From: Mycoplasmatota bacterium
Lineage (GTDB): Bacteria > Bacillota_I > Bacilli_A > MAG-NZ
Length of the DNA: 64,000 bases
NCBI GenBank assembly: GCA_018394315.1
Contig: CP074575.1
Span: 1,396,615 to 1,460,614, forward strand
Direction: 5' to 3'
Positions 52,404 through 62,329 of this stretch are shown one piece after another (position 1 is the first letter of the stretch; each line of letters begins with the position of its first letter). The notes under the pieces were generated by a model, which worked only from the letters and a program-made list of their open reading frames with translations, searched no databases and was not told the DNA's origin. Made by a program: the position numbers and the translations under genes.

Positions 52404-52693
52404 AACAGATGAACCCTTTCGAACAAAAGAATTAGTATCCTTACATAAAGATAACTTAGTAGTTATATTTCCCTCCTCAATTAACACTATTATTTCACCC
52501 TTTCACATTACTTCATATTCTATTAATAGTATACACCATACTACTATTTTATACCACTCTAGAAATTTACAATAGATTATAAGGTTATATCACTCCCCAT
52601 TACCTGACGGATTAATGATGAGAAAGTCAGCAAAGAAACAGAATTACAACACTTATTTGTGACAATAATACTCAATCTACGAATGACATATTT

Positions 52694-52972
52694 TTATACT
52701 TTCAGAGTCGAGCCACTCACATCACAAAGATTAGTACCATTCTGTCCACAGGTATTTGAACCTACTGAGCCAGCAACTAATACTCCATCTCCGCAACACA
52801 CATTACCTGCATCTCTAGTTTTTAAGTTAGTACTCTCATTACAAACATTAAGATTTACTTTTTGTTCGCATGGATTACCACCTACTGGATCACATTCCTG
52901 ATTAAGCGTAGAACTCCCTCCACAATATGGTCTCGAAACATTTACCCCCGCCTGGACTTTTTTGAATTTCAT
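52694..52972 (-). CDS. Cys-rich putative RiPP precursor peptide (92 aa, 8 Cys)
   Basis: AAGGAGGT RBS; 12 bp downstream of the rSAM gene; rich in Cys/Gly/Asn/Ser. Confidence 0.75.
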   Translation of the reverse strand: MKFKKVQAGVNVSRPYCGGSSTLNQECDPVGGNPCEQKVNLNVCNESTNLKTRDAGNVCCGDGVLVAGSVGSNTCGQNGTNLCDVSGSTLKV

Positions 52973-52984
52973 TAAATTACCTCC

Positions 52985-54343
52985 TTAATTGTATTTGATT
53001 TTTACTGCGCTTATTAAATTATCATGTACAGATTGATATGTATACTTACAATGTTCTTCTTTATCAACTAAATTATTTACCATCTCATATGGACAACCAC
53101 CAGTACAGACAGGTAAATACTCACATTCTGCACATACCTTATCCAAAGTTGGATCGTACGCTGTCCAAGTAACAGAAGTCGCGTTGGATAAATTTAATCC
53201 ATCTTCAATATCGCCTACTTCCTCATTATTTTCAGTAGAATGTATCCAGCATTTACTTAATTTACCATTAGGTGTGATCAAATAATTAAGAATATTCACC
53301 GCACCACAGGGTGTTTGAGGAATAAAACTATAACTAGCTCCCGTGTATATCCCTTTTTCTTTAAGATATTCATTCAATTCCTCGAGTCGACCTTTAAAAT
53401 CCTTCAGTGATAGCATTTTATTACTATCCATTTTTACATTAGATGTCCATTCTTTAACTAGCCCTAACGATACTCCATTCATACTATTGCTTCCTAATAA
53501 ACCGTTTATTTTTAAATAATCAATTATATCCTTAAAATACTCTATGTTCGTATAATCTACATTAACACGAATATTTACAGGTAGTTTTCCTTGACAAGCT
53601 CTTAGCCCTCTAATAATGTCATTAAAACTTTCATTTGAGCCATATTTATAATATCTACGATTATTATGAATATCTTTTGGTCCATCAACCGTCACCTGCA
53701 AGCGCTCTACTTTACACCGGATTAGTAAATCAACCATATCTTCAGTAAGTAATGTGCCATTAGTAATCATTGAAGCTTTATAGCTAACATTTTTCTCAAC
53801 GCATTTCTCTATAAAAAAACGTGATAATTCCTCAATAGTCCCTGCCTGAAGTAAAGGTTCACCACCATACCATGTCACACTTAGGTTCGATAAATGACCT
53901 ATTCTCTCTTTTACAAAATCTTTAAGTTTTCGTATGATTTCCGAAGTCATGCTCTCATCCCGATTTTTTTCATAACAGTAAAAGCAATCCAAATTACAAT
54001 CAATTGTCGGCAAAATCGTAAGATGCATACTTCGTTCATTATACTTAGCGTGCTGAAATCTAATCTTTAATCGTTCTACCTCGTTTAAGTTAGAAGTTAC
54101 TAAAAAATTTTGTTTGATAAGATGTTCATACATTTCAGGTTGTTCTGAAGCTAAATAGTCGCATCGTTCCTTATTAAAATCAAACAAGAAATTTTTAAGT
54201 TCATTATCACTTGACATTATCCCTCCAGAAAACGTATTTGCTATTATCCATTGATAATCGTCATGCTCACATGCAATACAAATATTATATATTGAAGGTT
54301 TATATTGAACAATCGATAACATTCTTTTATCATCTCTTTTCAT
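52985..54343 (-). CDS. radical SAM/SPASM peptide maturase
   Basis: CNLDCFYC, YGGEPL, ITNGT, TVDG; SPASM CGA..Cx and CAECEYLPVCTGGC. Confidence 0.92.
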   Translation of the reverse strand: MKRDDKRMLSIVQYKPSIYNICIACEHDDYQWIIANTFSGGIMSSDNELKNFLFDFNKERCDYLASEQPEMYEHLIKQNFLVTSNLNEVERLKIRFQHAKYNERSMHLTILPTIDCNLDCFYCYEKNRDESMTSEIIRKLKDFVKERIGHLSNLSVTWYGGEPLLQAGTIEELSRFFIEKCVEKNVSYKASMITNGTLLTEDMVDLLIRCKVERLQVTVDGPKDIHNNRRYYKYGSNESFNDIIRGLRACQGKLPVNIRVNVDYTNIEYFKDIIDYLKINGLLGSNSMNGVSLGLVKEWTSNVKMDSNKMLSLKDFKGRLEELNEYLKEKGIYTGASYSFIPQTPCGAVNILNYLITPNGKLSKCWIHSTENNEEVGDIEDGLNLSNATSVTWTAYDPTLDKVCAECEYLPVCTGGCPYEMVNNLVDKEEHCKYTYQSVHDNLISAVKIKYN

Positions 54344-54615
54344 CTGAAGTCATTTATCTTATTAGAAATTCGTGTAAGCCAAAATTATACGAACCAATTC
54401 ACCTTATCTTAGTATTAGTATTAAAATTATTTAATATAAAAATAATCCTTATAAACTGTGTATAGTATCTAGGTCACGGATGTCCACCCATCGTTTTATA
54501 TATACTATAACAATATTTTTATTATAAAACACCTTTATTATACTAATAAACTGAGATTAAATACTTATTTGTTTTCATAATATAGTCTTTATAATGGAAT
54601 CAGGGAGGAAAACAA

Positions 54616-55203
54616 ATAAAAAAATTTAAAGTGGCCTCGATAATCATTGCACTTTCAATGGCTTGTGGAGGTTTTATTTGGTACAGTAGCAGTTTTAATC
54701 AGACAATCATCATAGACCCTTCTTACACAATAGACCTTGCGGATGACAAGGTTATGGTAGGATTTTATGAGAATGTTTTTACAGGTTTAGTTCTGGAGGA
54801 ATTGGGAAATGATCCAGATGCACATATACCTGTCACAGATTACCGAGTCCAAGTAATTGACAATATAAAAGGAGAAGTATCTGGCGAGGTTACTCTGAAA
54901 AACAGAGGGGGATACGATGATAGAAATAACTTATTCTTATTTGAGGGAGATTTTCTACCAGAAGTGGGGAGTATTTATTTATTCACTACAGGGGTAATTA
55001 AAAATAACACGGACTATAAGAACGATTTGTATGTAGTATCTAGTAGTTATCAAAAAGTACTATTGTTGAAGACAATTAATAACTATGAATTCGACACGCC
55101 GTAAAAAGTACTATTGTTGAAGACAATTAATAACTATGAATTCGACACGCCGTTGGTTTCAAGATTTATTGATGCATATGCAAATGAAGTAAAGGAAAAG
55201 TAG
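54616..55203 (+). pseudogene. secreted protein disrupted by a 51-bp tandem duplication and an ATA start
   Basis: GGGAGG followed by ATA in frame; duplication junction creates TAA at 55102-55104; frame continues LVSRFIDAYANEVKEK to TAG at 55203. Confidence 0.7.
55052..55153 (+). repeat. perfect 51-bp tandem duplication
   Basis: AAAAAGTACTATTGTTGAAGACAATTAATAACTATGAATTCGACACGCCGT x2. Confidence 0.95.
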
Positions 55204-55291
55204 TGTTTCTAACTAAGGGATTATTAAATTAATGAATTCAAAGTCAAATTTAGTAAAAATATTGTCTTGAGTAATTTAAAAGTAAGAAGAA

Positions 55292-55388
55292 GGATTCGAA
55301 CTCTCTAAACACTGATTTAAGCTTATATATTATTAAGTTTTCAAAAGCATTATAACATACGACATGGAAACTGGCTTTCCACCCTAGA
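55292..55388 (+). repeat. att-like repeat, type A
   Basis: GGATTCGAACTCTCTAAACACTG...TGGAAACTGGCTTTCCACCCTAGA. Confidence 0.93.
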
Positions 55389-55581
55389 AAAAAACGAAAA
55401 ATATTTTTCGTTTTCTAATGTAATGATAATAGAGAAAGATTCTCTACCCTACAGATATAACCAGAAGGTTAGTGTTTTTTTGATATTAGTTGTCGTATGT
55501 ACTGTAATTTGGTAGTTACAAAAGTATATGATAAAATTGAAATAAGTTAGGAAATGATTATCAAAATAAAGGGTGAATAAG

Positions 55582-56793
55582 ATGAATAAAATATTAACCA
55601 TGTTTTTTCTATTAGTGTTAAGTAGTACTTTAATAGCGTGTGAGAAGGAAACAGTTCCATTGAATGAGGGTGTAAAAAACCCATTAGTAACTGAAGGGAA
55701 TTCTGAGTTTGCTTTTGATATCTTCAGGGAGTTAAATAATGAAGATTATAATGAGAATATTTTTATATCTCCTTTTAGTATTTCGAGTGCACTAGCAATG
55801 ACTTTGAATGGAGCAGCAGGAGATACTAAAGATTCAATGCAAACTACATTGCAACTAAAAGACATAAGTATTGATGATATGAATAATGGGTTTGCATATA
55901 TAAATTACATGTTAACAAATCTTGATGATGATGTTGAAATTAATATCGCAAATTCTCTTTGGGTTAAAGACGAATACACATTGAACAAACAATTTGAATT
56001 TGATGTTAAAAGTAATTTCAATGCGTATGCTACTTTGCTGGATTTTGAGGATGATAAGTCGGTAGATGTAATTAATGAATGGGTAAGTGACAAGACTAAT
56101 GATTTAATAGATGAAATAATTAAAGGAATAGATCCATATGCTGCATTAATCTTAATAAATGCGATATATTTTAATGGTTCTTGGCAAGATGAATTTAATC
56201 CTAGCAAGACTCAATCAAGAGATTTTACTACAATAGACAATAATGTTATACAAGTTGATATGATGAACAGAACCGATGAAATCGGTTTTTATGAGGATAA
56301 TGAAATCACAGCTGTAAAACTACCATATGGTGATGGATCAATTAGTATGTATTGTGTTTTGCCTAATGGAAATGAAGACATAAATTATATAATTTCCGGG
56401 ATGAACGTAGATAAGTGGAATGATTTAAGAAATGATATGAACTACTATTATGAAGTTACTCTTGAATTGCCAAAATTTAAGATGGAATATGGAATCAAGG
56501 CATTAAATGATGCATTAATTAAACTAGGAATGGATATTGCGTTTGATAACAGAGCATATTTTCCTGATTTAATAGAGGGAATGGAAGATAATCTATATAT
56601 AAATGTAGTAAGCCATAAAGCGGTAGTTGACGTTAGTGAAGAGGGGACTGAGGCGGCTGCGGTTACATCTATTACAGTGCCAGGTTCATCTGCTTTAGTA
56701 GAAAGACACACCTTTATTGCAAACAGACCGTTTATGTTTATAATAGGTGATGAAGAAGGAAATATCTTATTCATAGGAAAAAAAGTAACATAA
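55582..56793 (+). CDS. serpin lipoprotein, copy 2
   Basis: N-terminus identical to copy 1; different reactive centre loop. Confidence 0.93.
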   Translation: MNKILTMFFLLVLSSTLIACEKETVPLNEGVKNPLVTEGNSEFAFDIFRELNNEDYNENIFISPFSISSALAMTLNGAAGDTKDSMQTTLQLKDISIDDMNNGFAYINYMLTNLDDDVEINIANSLWVKDEYTLNKQFEFDVKSNFNAYATLLDFEDDKSVDVINEWVSDKTNDLIDEIIKGIDPYAALILINAIYFNGSWQDEFNPSKTQSRDFTTIDNNVIQVDMMNRTDEIGFYEDNEITAVKLPYGDGSISMYCVLPNGNEDINYIISGMNVDKWNDLRNDMNYYYEVTLELPKFKMEYGIKALNDALIKLGMDIAFDNRAYFPDLIEGMEDNLYINVVSHKAVVDVSEEGTEAAAVTSITVPGSSALVERHTFIANRPFMFIIGDEEGNILFIGKKVT

Positions 56794-56845
56794 TTAATAA
56801 AGGGTGTTTTTATGATAGTAGAAGTTAAAATGGAACAGGTATTTT

Positions 56846-56940
56846 GATTCGAACTCTCTAAACACTGATTTTAGCTTATATATTATTAAGATTTCAAGCC
56901 ATTATATCATAAGACATTGAAACTGGCTTTCCACCCTAGA
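56846..56940 (+). repeat. att-like repeat, type A
   Basis: GATTCGAACTCTCTAAACACTG...TGAAACTGGCTTTCCACCCTAGA. Confidence 0.92.
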
Positions 56941-57084
56941 AAAAAAGTGAAAATATTTTTCGGTAAGCATAATCGCTTACTTTTTACTTTTAGAGGTGAA
57001 TTTATTACTAATAATTGGAAATAATAAAAGTTATGAACTATAGATTTATAATTATACAATATTGATTCAAGCAGGGTATATAAA

Positions 57085-58167
57085 ATGTTAGAAAAAAAAA
57101 GGAAAATATCAGTAAGACAATTAATGATAATTTCTATACTCACTATTTATGCACCTTCAGCTAGGTATCTTCCCACTCAAGTAGCTGGTGATGCAAAGCA
57201 GGCTGGATGGCTTTCCCCATTAATTGCATTTCTTATTTATATGATTGTATTATATGCTAGTAGTAGGTTATTTAATAAATGTAAACATAAATCATACGCT
57301 GAAATTTTAAATATTATTACTTCAAAGTATATAGGAAAGTTACTTCTTGGTTTTTACATAGTATGGGTAACATATTATATAATTTGGTACGTGAGATTTT
57401 ATGGAGAAACATTAGTTACTATGGTTTATGCGAATGTAAACATAAACATTTTTATAATTATAATACTTATTCTTGTTTCAATAATTATTAAATCAGGAAT
57501 AGTTGTAATTGGGAGAATGAGTGAGGTTATTTTCTTAATAGTTACTTTAGCAACTGCTTGTATACTATCTTTACTGATTCCAAACATTAAAATTGATTCC
57601 TTAACACCTATTAGTACCTTAGATACACTTCCAATCTTAAAGGGAAGTTTAAGGACCATTATTAATATTACCTTACCATTTCTATATTTCTTTAATCAAG
57701 ATTGGTCAAGAACAAACGATTTTTTAAAGGAAGGATTTAAGGCGGGCGTGTATATTTTAATACTGCAAACATTAATTGTTATAGCGAGTATTGGTAATCT
57801 AGGTCATGTTCTTACGGCAAGATCTTCATTATCTTTCTGGATTACTGTAAAACAAATTGATTTATTGGGTTTTATGAGTGGATTTGAATCATTGTTGTTA
57901 TCAGTTTGGCTTTTAGCAGACTTCATTCTTATAGCTATCTTGATTTATAGTGCCTTGAATATGTTTAAATCATTTTTTAATCTTAAAGATTTTGAACCCT
58001 TCGTTAATATATATTTAGTAATTATATACCTATTATCATTGATAATAGTTAAAAGTATTTGGGAGTTAAGTGAATTATCTGATGCAATTACGCTCTATAT
58101 ATCTTTTTTCTACGCTACTTCTCCAGTATTAATATTCGTAGTTGGTAAAATCAGAAAGAAAGTTTAA
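57085..58167 (+). CDS. GerAB/ArcD-family spore germination permease (orphan B subunit)
   Basis: KISVRQL, AKQAGWLS, GIVVIGRMSE, GFESLLLSVW; ~10 TM segments. Confidence 0.8.
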   Translation: MLEKKRKISVRQLMIISILTIYAPSARYLPTQVAGDAKQAGWLSPLIAFLIYMIVLYASSRLFNKCKHKSYAEILNIITSKYIGKLLLGFYIVWVTYYIIWYVRFYGETLVTMVYANVNINIFIIIILILVSIIIKSGIVVIGRMSEVIFLIVTLATACILSLLIPNIKIDSLTPISTLDTLPILKGSLRTIINITLPFLYFFNQDWSRTNDFLKEGFKAGVYILILQTLIVIASIGNLGHVLTARSSLSFWITVKQIDLLGFMSGFESLLLSVWLLADFILIAILIYSALNMFKSFFNLKDFEPFVNIYLVIIYLLSLIIVKSIWELSELSDAITLYISFFYATSPVLIFVVGKIRKKV

Positions 58168-58394
58168 AAACTTTCTTTTGTAACTTACATTCGAATAATA
58201 TAGTAAAGTTGGGGGGAGTATTGTATACAACTATAAAGAAATACTCTTGTCTAAGTCTGCTTAAAATTTTCAAACAAAGCTACATAACATCTCTCTTATT
58301 TTTCTAGGGGAACTGATAGTTATGATTATTCTTGTTTGTATTCTAAGAATAATTGATCTTAGTGATTTTGGTGCAGATTTAGTTGGTTGCATAC

Positions 58395-58478
58395 ATATCT
58401 TATTCATAGGAAAAAAAGTAACATAATTAATAAAGGGTGTTATTATGATAGTAGAAGTTAAAATGGAACAGGTATTTT
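58395..58478 (+). pseudogene. remnant 3' end of a further serpin cassette
   Basis: Near-identical to 56762-56845 (ILFIGKKVT* plus downstream flank up to the core). Confidence 0.85.
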
Positions 58479-58570
58479 GATTCGAACTCGTCATACATAG
58501 GTTTTAACACTTTCTTTAGTTAATAAATTAATGATAATTATAATACATTATATATACTTTATGTCACTCT
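58479..58570 (+). repeat. att-like repeat, divergent arm type B
   Basis: GATTCGAACTCGTCATACATAGGTTTTAACACT...CATTATA...TATGTCACTC. Confidence 0.75.
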
Positions 58571-58663
58571 AATAATTTTTTTAAAAAAATTCATACAATA
58601 AATAACTTTTTGTGTGTAAATAATAATGTCAGAAGTAAGAGTTTTATAGAAAAGAAGAAGATA

Positions 58664-58770
58664 GGATATGAACTCCCAATATAAGAAATTTATACTCTCG
58701 TTTAATATTCGATTTTGATTAATTCAAGTGCACTATATCTAATCAAAGAGACACCTATATGTCACTCTTA
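58664..58770 (+). repeat. att-like repeat, divergent arm type C
   Basis: GGATATGAACTC...ATTCGATTTT...CACTATATC...GAGACACCTATATGTCACTC. Confidence 0.55.
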
Positions 58771-58837
58771 AAAAATAAACCATATATTTATGATTTACTG
58801 TCATTCTTAAATTTTACTAAATATACAATCCCAACTA

Positions 58838-59023
58838 CTAATGCGGTAATATTAATAACGGTAATAAGATACCAACTTGACCTAGTGAATATCTGAACTT
58901 ATTTCCACTCCATCTAGTCAATCCTTGAAAAATAATTGCTGTGCTTATATACCATGAACTAAACAGTAATGAAGAAATCCCACAAAATGCTACTCCAATT
59001 CCTCTTTTACTAATAACAGACAC
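58838..59023 (-). CDS. small membrane protein, possibly truncated
   Basis: AGGAGG adjacent to the start; hydrophobic; lies between two type C sites. Confidence 0.4.
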   Translation of the reverse strand: MSVISKRGIGVAFCGISSLLFSSWYISTAIIFQGLTRWSGNKFRYSLGQVGILLPLLILPH

Positions 59024-59085
59024 CTCCTATTTTGAACTAATTATTTTGAGTGTGTTTCTATGTTTATAAAGTAGTAAAGTTAACG

Positions 59086-59190
59086 GGAGTCGAACTGCCC
59101 AAGTGACAAAAACCTACATCATTTTTTCTATTCAATTTTACTAATACAAACTCATTATATCATTTCAGGGAGACACACGTATGTCACTCA
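59086..59190 (+). repeat. att-like repeat, divergent arm type C
   Basis: GGAGTCGAACT...ATTCAATTTT...CATTATATCA...GAGACACACGTATGTCACTC. Confidence 0.6.
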
Positions 59191-59703
59191 AAAGAAATAA
59201 ATCAAGTTTATTTCTTTTTACTTATACCTGAAACTTAACTGGACTCAACAGCAAACACAATACCATCATTAAAATAAGAAATATAAATTTGATTGGTCTT
59301 TCTTTTCTAAATACGAGTCTACAAAGTAAATTCCTAGATGAATAAATAATACCACCGAGATAATAATTGTTGAGTCCAAATTGTTTGACTCAATCTCGTC
59401 TCGCAGATCAAAACATCATTCAGAAACCAGAATCAGTTAACAGTACTTTTTTTAAAAAAGCAAAACAATAAAAGAACTAATGTTTCTTAATATGGTTAAT
59501 CCTGTTAGTCCACCCTTGTATTTTTTTAACATTTATAGACTACCTTATTACGATTATGACAACTGTCAGAATATAAACAACTATATGGTTCTCGACTCCT
59601 GTCATGTATACTTATCAACTTATTTTCAATTTCTAATTAATGCAAGTTATTATAATATAATGGGGTAGACACACCATGAACTGTCTATGGTTAAAAAAAT
59701 ATA

Positions 59704-60330
59704 TTACTTCATTGCGGAATAAAGAAGACCGAATACATATGATGATAAATCATCTATTGTCATATTTGAATGCTTAGAATAATTATCACCAGTAATAGTA
59801 AGTTGATTTAGAAATCCTGTTAGCAGAAATATTAATGAACTAGTAGTTAACCTTACATCCAATTCTTTGGAGATACTACCATCTTGCTGACCTTCTATTA
59901 CTAAGTTCAACAAATCTTCAAAAATTAATTTATCAATTTTCAAAAATTCCATTATTTTTGGATTTTCTGTTTTTTGTCTTACATTTCCTATATCATATAT
60001 AATCCTAAAGTTTGATTCATTTTTTTTATAAAATCTATAATATGCAAAAAAATTTGCTTTTATTTTTTCTAATCCACTATCATACTCGGAGTTTAAATTA
60101 CTGAAATAGCGATACATATTATTATACAATCTTAATGCAACTGTTAAATATAAGTCATTTTTGTCTTCAAAATATTGATACAATGTTCTCTTGGAAAATT
60201 CTGCCTCTTTCGCAATTTCGTTCATTGAAGCATGTTCAAAACCATCTCTTGCAAAAATTTTTTCAGCAGAATTGATTATTTCTGTTTCGCGTTGTAAACG
60301 CTCTCGTTCTTTTCTTGATAAATTATTCAT
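59704..60330 (-). CDS. TetR/AcrR-family regulator
   Basis: AEKIFARDGFEHASMNEIAKEAEFSKRTLYQYFEDKNDL. Confidence 0.93.
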   Translation of the reverse strand: MNNLSRKERERLQRETEIINSAEKIFARDGFEHASMNEIAKEAEFSKRTLYQYFEDKNDLYLTVALRLYNNMYRYFSNLNSEYDSGLEKIKANFFAYYRFYKKNESNFRIIYDIGNVRQKTENPKIMEFLKIDKLIFEDLLNLVIEGQQDGSISKELDVRLTTSSLIFLLTGFLNQLTITGDNYSKHSNMTIDDLSSYVFGLLYSAMK

Positions 60331-60522
60331 ATGTAAATAAATCCTTTCTATAAAATATTACTTGACAAAAAGTATACGACATTGTACACTGTATATGAAT
60401 CAAGTACACCAGCGGTAAACTAAGTATACAAATAAAACAAGTAATCTATTGTGAGTGTAGTAAGTAACATGAAAGTATACTTAATTATACTACAAGTTGA
60501 TTCGGAGGTAAAGGAGAAAATT

Positions 60523-61815
60523 ATGAAAAGAATTATTAAATTTTTTAAAAGGTTCACTAATCCAAAAATTTTTAGGATTTCAATGCTACTGTTTTTTTTA
60601 GCAATATTTATTATGGATAACCACTGGTTTGGTCAGCAACATTTATCTCAAGTTACTGAAGGCGTTGGAATGATTGATATGAATATAATAAATTCAGTAA
60701 ATGGCATTCATAATCAACTTGGAAATATGGGTAATGAGGGACGGTTAGTATATACAACTCTGTTACAACTTGACTTCCTTATTATTATTACCCTTGGTTT
60801 CTTTCAAATTATTTCTTTGTTAAAAATGGTTGGAAAGAATGGATTATCTAGTCAATGGGAGTACTTAATTTTCTTGCCTATATCAAGGGGTTTGTTTGAT
60901 GGTATTGAAAATGTTTTATTATACATTGCTACGATTATATACCCATCTAAAAACGTATTGCTACTAAAAGTGACAGGACTATTTATCTTTACTAAGTGGA
61001 TTGCTTTTTGGTTAACAATAGTTGTACTTTTGTGTCTAGTTGTAGTAAGCATATATAATTTAATTAAGAAAAGGAGAGAAGAGATTATGAGGACTGATAT
61101 TAAAATTATTGGAGTAACAGCTAGTGCTAGAAAAGAAGGTTTGGGTAGAGAGTTAGTTGACTATGCACTAAATGGCGCAGTGTTATTTGGAGCTGAGGTC
61201 GAAATTATAGACTTATATGAGGCAAAGTTAGAATTTTGTACTGGATGTATGGATTGTTTGGAATTAGGCAAGTGTGGACAAAATGATAAATTCGAGATGA
61301 TAAAGGATAAGTTATATAAAGCGGATGGAATAGTTATATGCGCTCCTACTTATTGCGGTACATATAGTGCAGTTATGAAGAATTTTATTGATAGATTAGG
61401 TCTCTATGAACATCTAACATCATCACTAGGAGAAAAGTACATATTAAGCATTTCTACTGGAGGTGGTCAAAGTATGGCAAAACAAACAGCAATACAAATG
61501 TCTAAGGCACTTGCTGGAGGTCCATTTGCAAGAGGTTACATTTCTGGAGTAATGGGAGGAAGCTACAGACCTGGAGACGAGGTAATCGCTAAGCGTGTAG
61601 ATATTAGACAAAGAAGTTTAAATAAAGCTGAAAAATTAGGCCAACAATTAGTTGAAGATATTAGCAACAATAAAAAGTATTTATTTCAAAATATCTTTAG
61701 TAGGCTATTATCCAAACTCGTTCTTCGTCCAGTGTATATTAAATTTATTATGAAAAACAAAAAAAAGAATACAAAGGCGGTTTATAATAACCTTGTGTCT
61801 AGAAATATATTATAA
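60523..61815 (+). CDS. 4-TM membrane domain fused to an iron-sulfur flavoprotein/NADPH-dependent FMN reductase domain
   Basis: AAGGAG RBS at MKRIIK; C-half has ASARKEG, CTGCMDCLELGKC, APTY, MKNFIDR. Confidence 0.8.
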   Translation: MKRIIKFFKRFTNPKIFRISMLLFFLAIFIMDNHWFGQQHLSQVTEGVGMIDMNIINSVNGIHNQLGNMGNEGRLVYTTLLQLDFLIIITLGFFQIISLLKMVGKNGLSSQWEYLIFLPISRGLFDGIENVLLYIATIIYPSKNVLLLKVTGLFIFTKWIAFWLTIVVLLCLVVVSIYNLIKKRREEIMRTDIKIIGVTASARKEGLGRELVDYALNGAVLFGAEVEIIDLYEAKLEFCTGCMDCLELGKCGQNDKFEMIKDKLYKADGIVICAPTYCGTYSAVMKNFIDRLGLYEHLTSSLGEKYILSISTGGGQSMAKQTAIQMSKALAGGPFARGYISGVMGGSYRPGDEVIAKRVDIRQRSLNKAEKLGQQLVEDISNNKKYLFQNIFSRLLSKLVLRPVYIKFIMKNKKKNTKAVYNNLVSRNIL

Positions 61816-62329
61816 AAATTTTTGCGGTTACAATAATGGTCAAATCAATGAATCTAGACTACAAAAGATTATGAAATTCATACTTTTCATAGTCTTTTTT
61901 GTGTACATCTAACAAATGAATTCAAAAATTTCTTTAGACCGCTTCTTTTTAATACCCAGTAGAATAACCAAGATATAATGTGAAATATTACAATTTATAT
62001 TAATAAATAGGTAACTGCTGCAATTACACTTTTCCCTGTGTCAACTCTTTAAGTTTCATCTAATCATCTCGTTAAACAAATTAACTTAGAAAGAATTTTG
62101 TCGAGTTGGTGTTATTTACAATCCTATGAGAAAGTTTAAAAAACTTAACAAGGATGATGTTGAAATAGTTACAATAAGTCCTAAAGTCCTAAAATCTATT
62201 CTTTATTATTTAAGGTATGCAGAACAAACTCTTAAAGTACTAAAAAAAATAGGTAGTCGATTAAAGAGTGAATCATGGTTTTTCGCAACACATGATTTCA
62301 ACTTTTATCACTTACCTATGCTATTTTAA

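Noticed and set aside
59200..59520. Decayed minus-strand membrane-protein gene
   Set aside because: Hydrophobic codon stretches with frameshifts; no continuous ORF or recognisable family.
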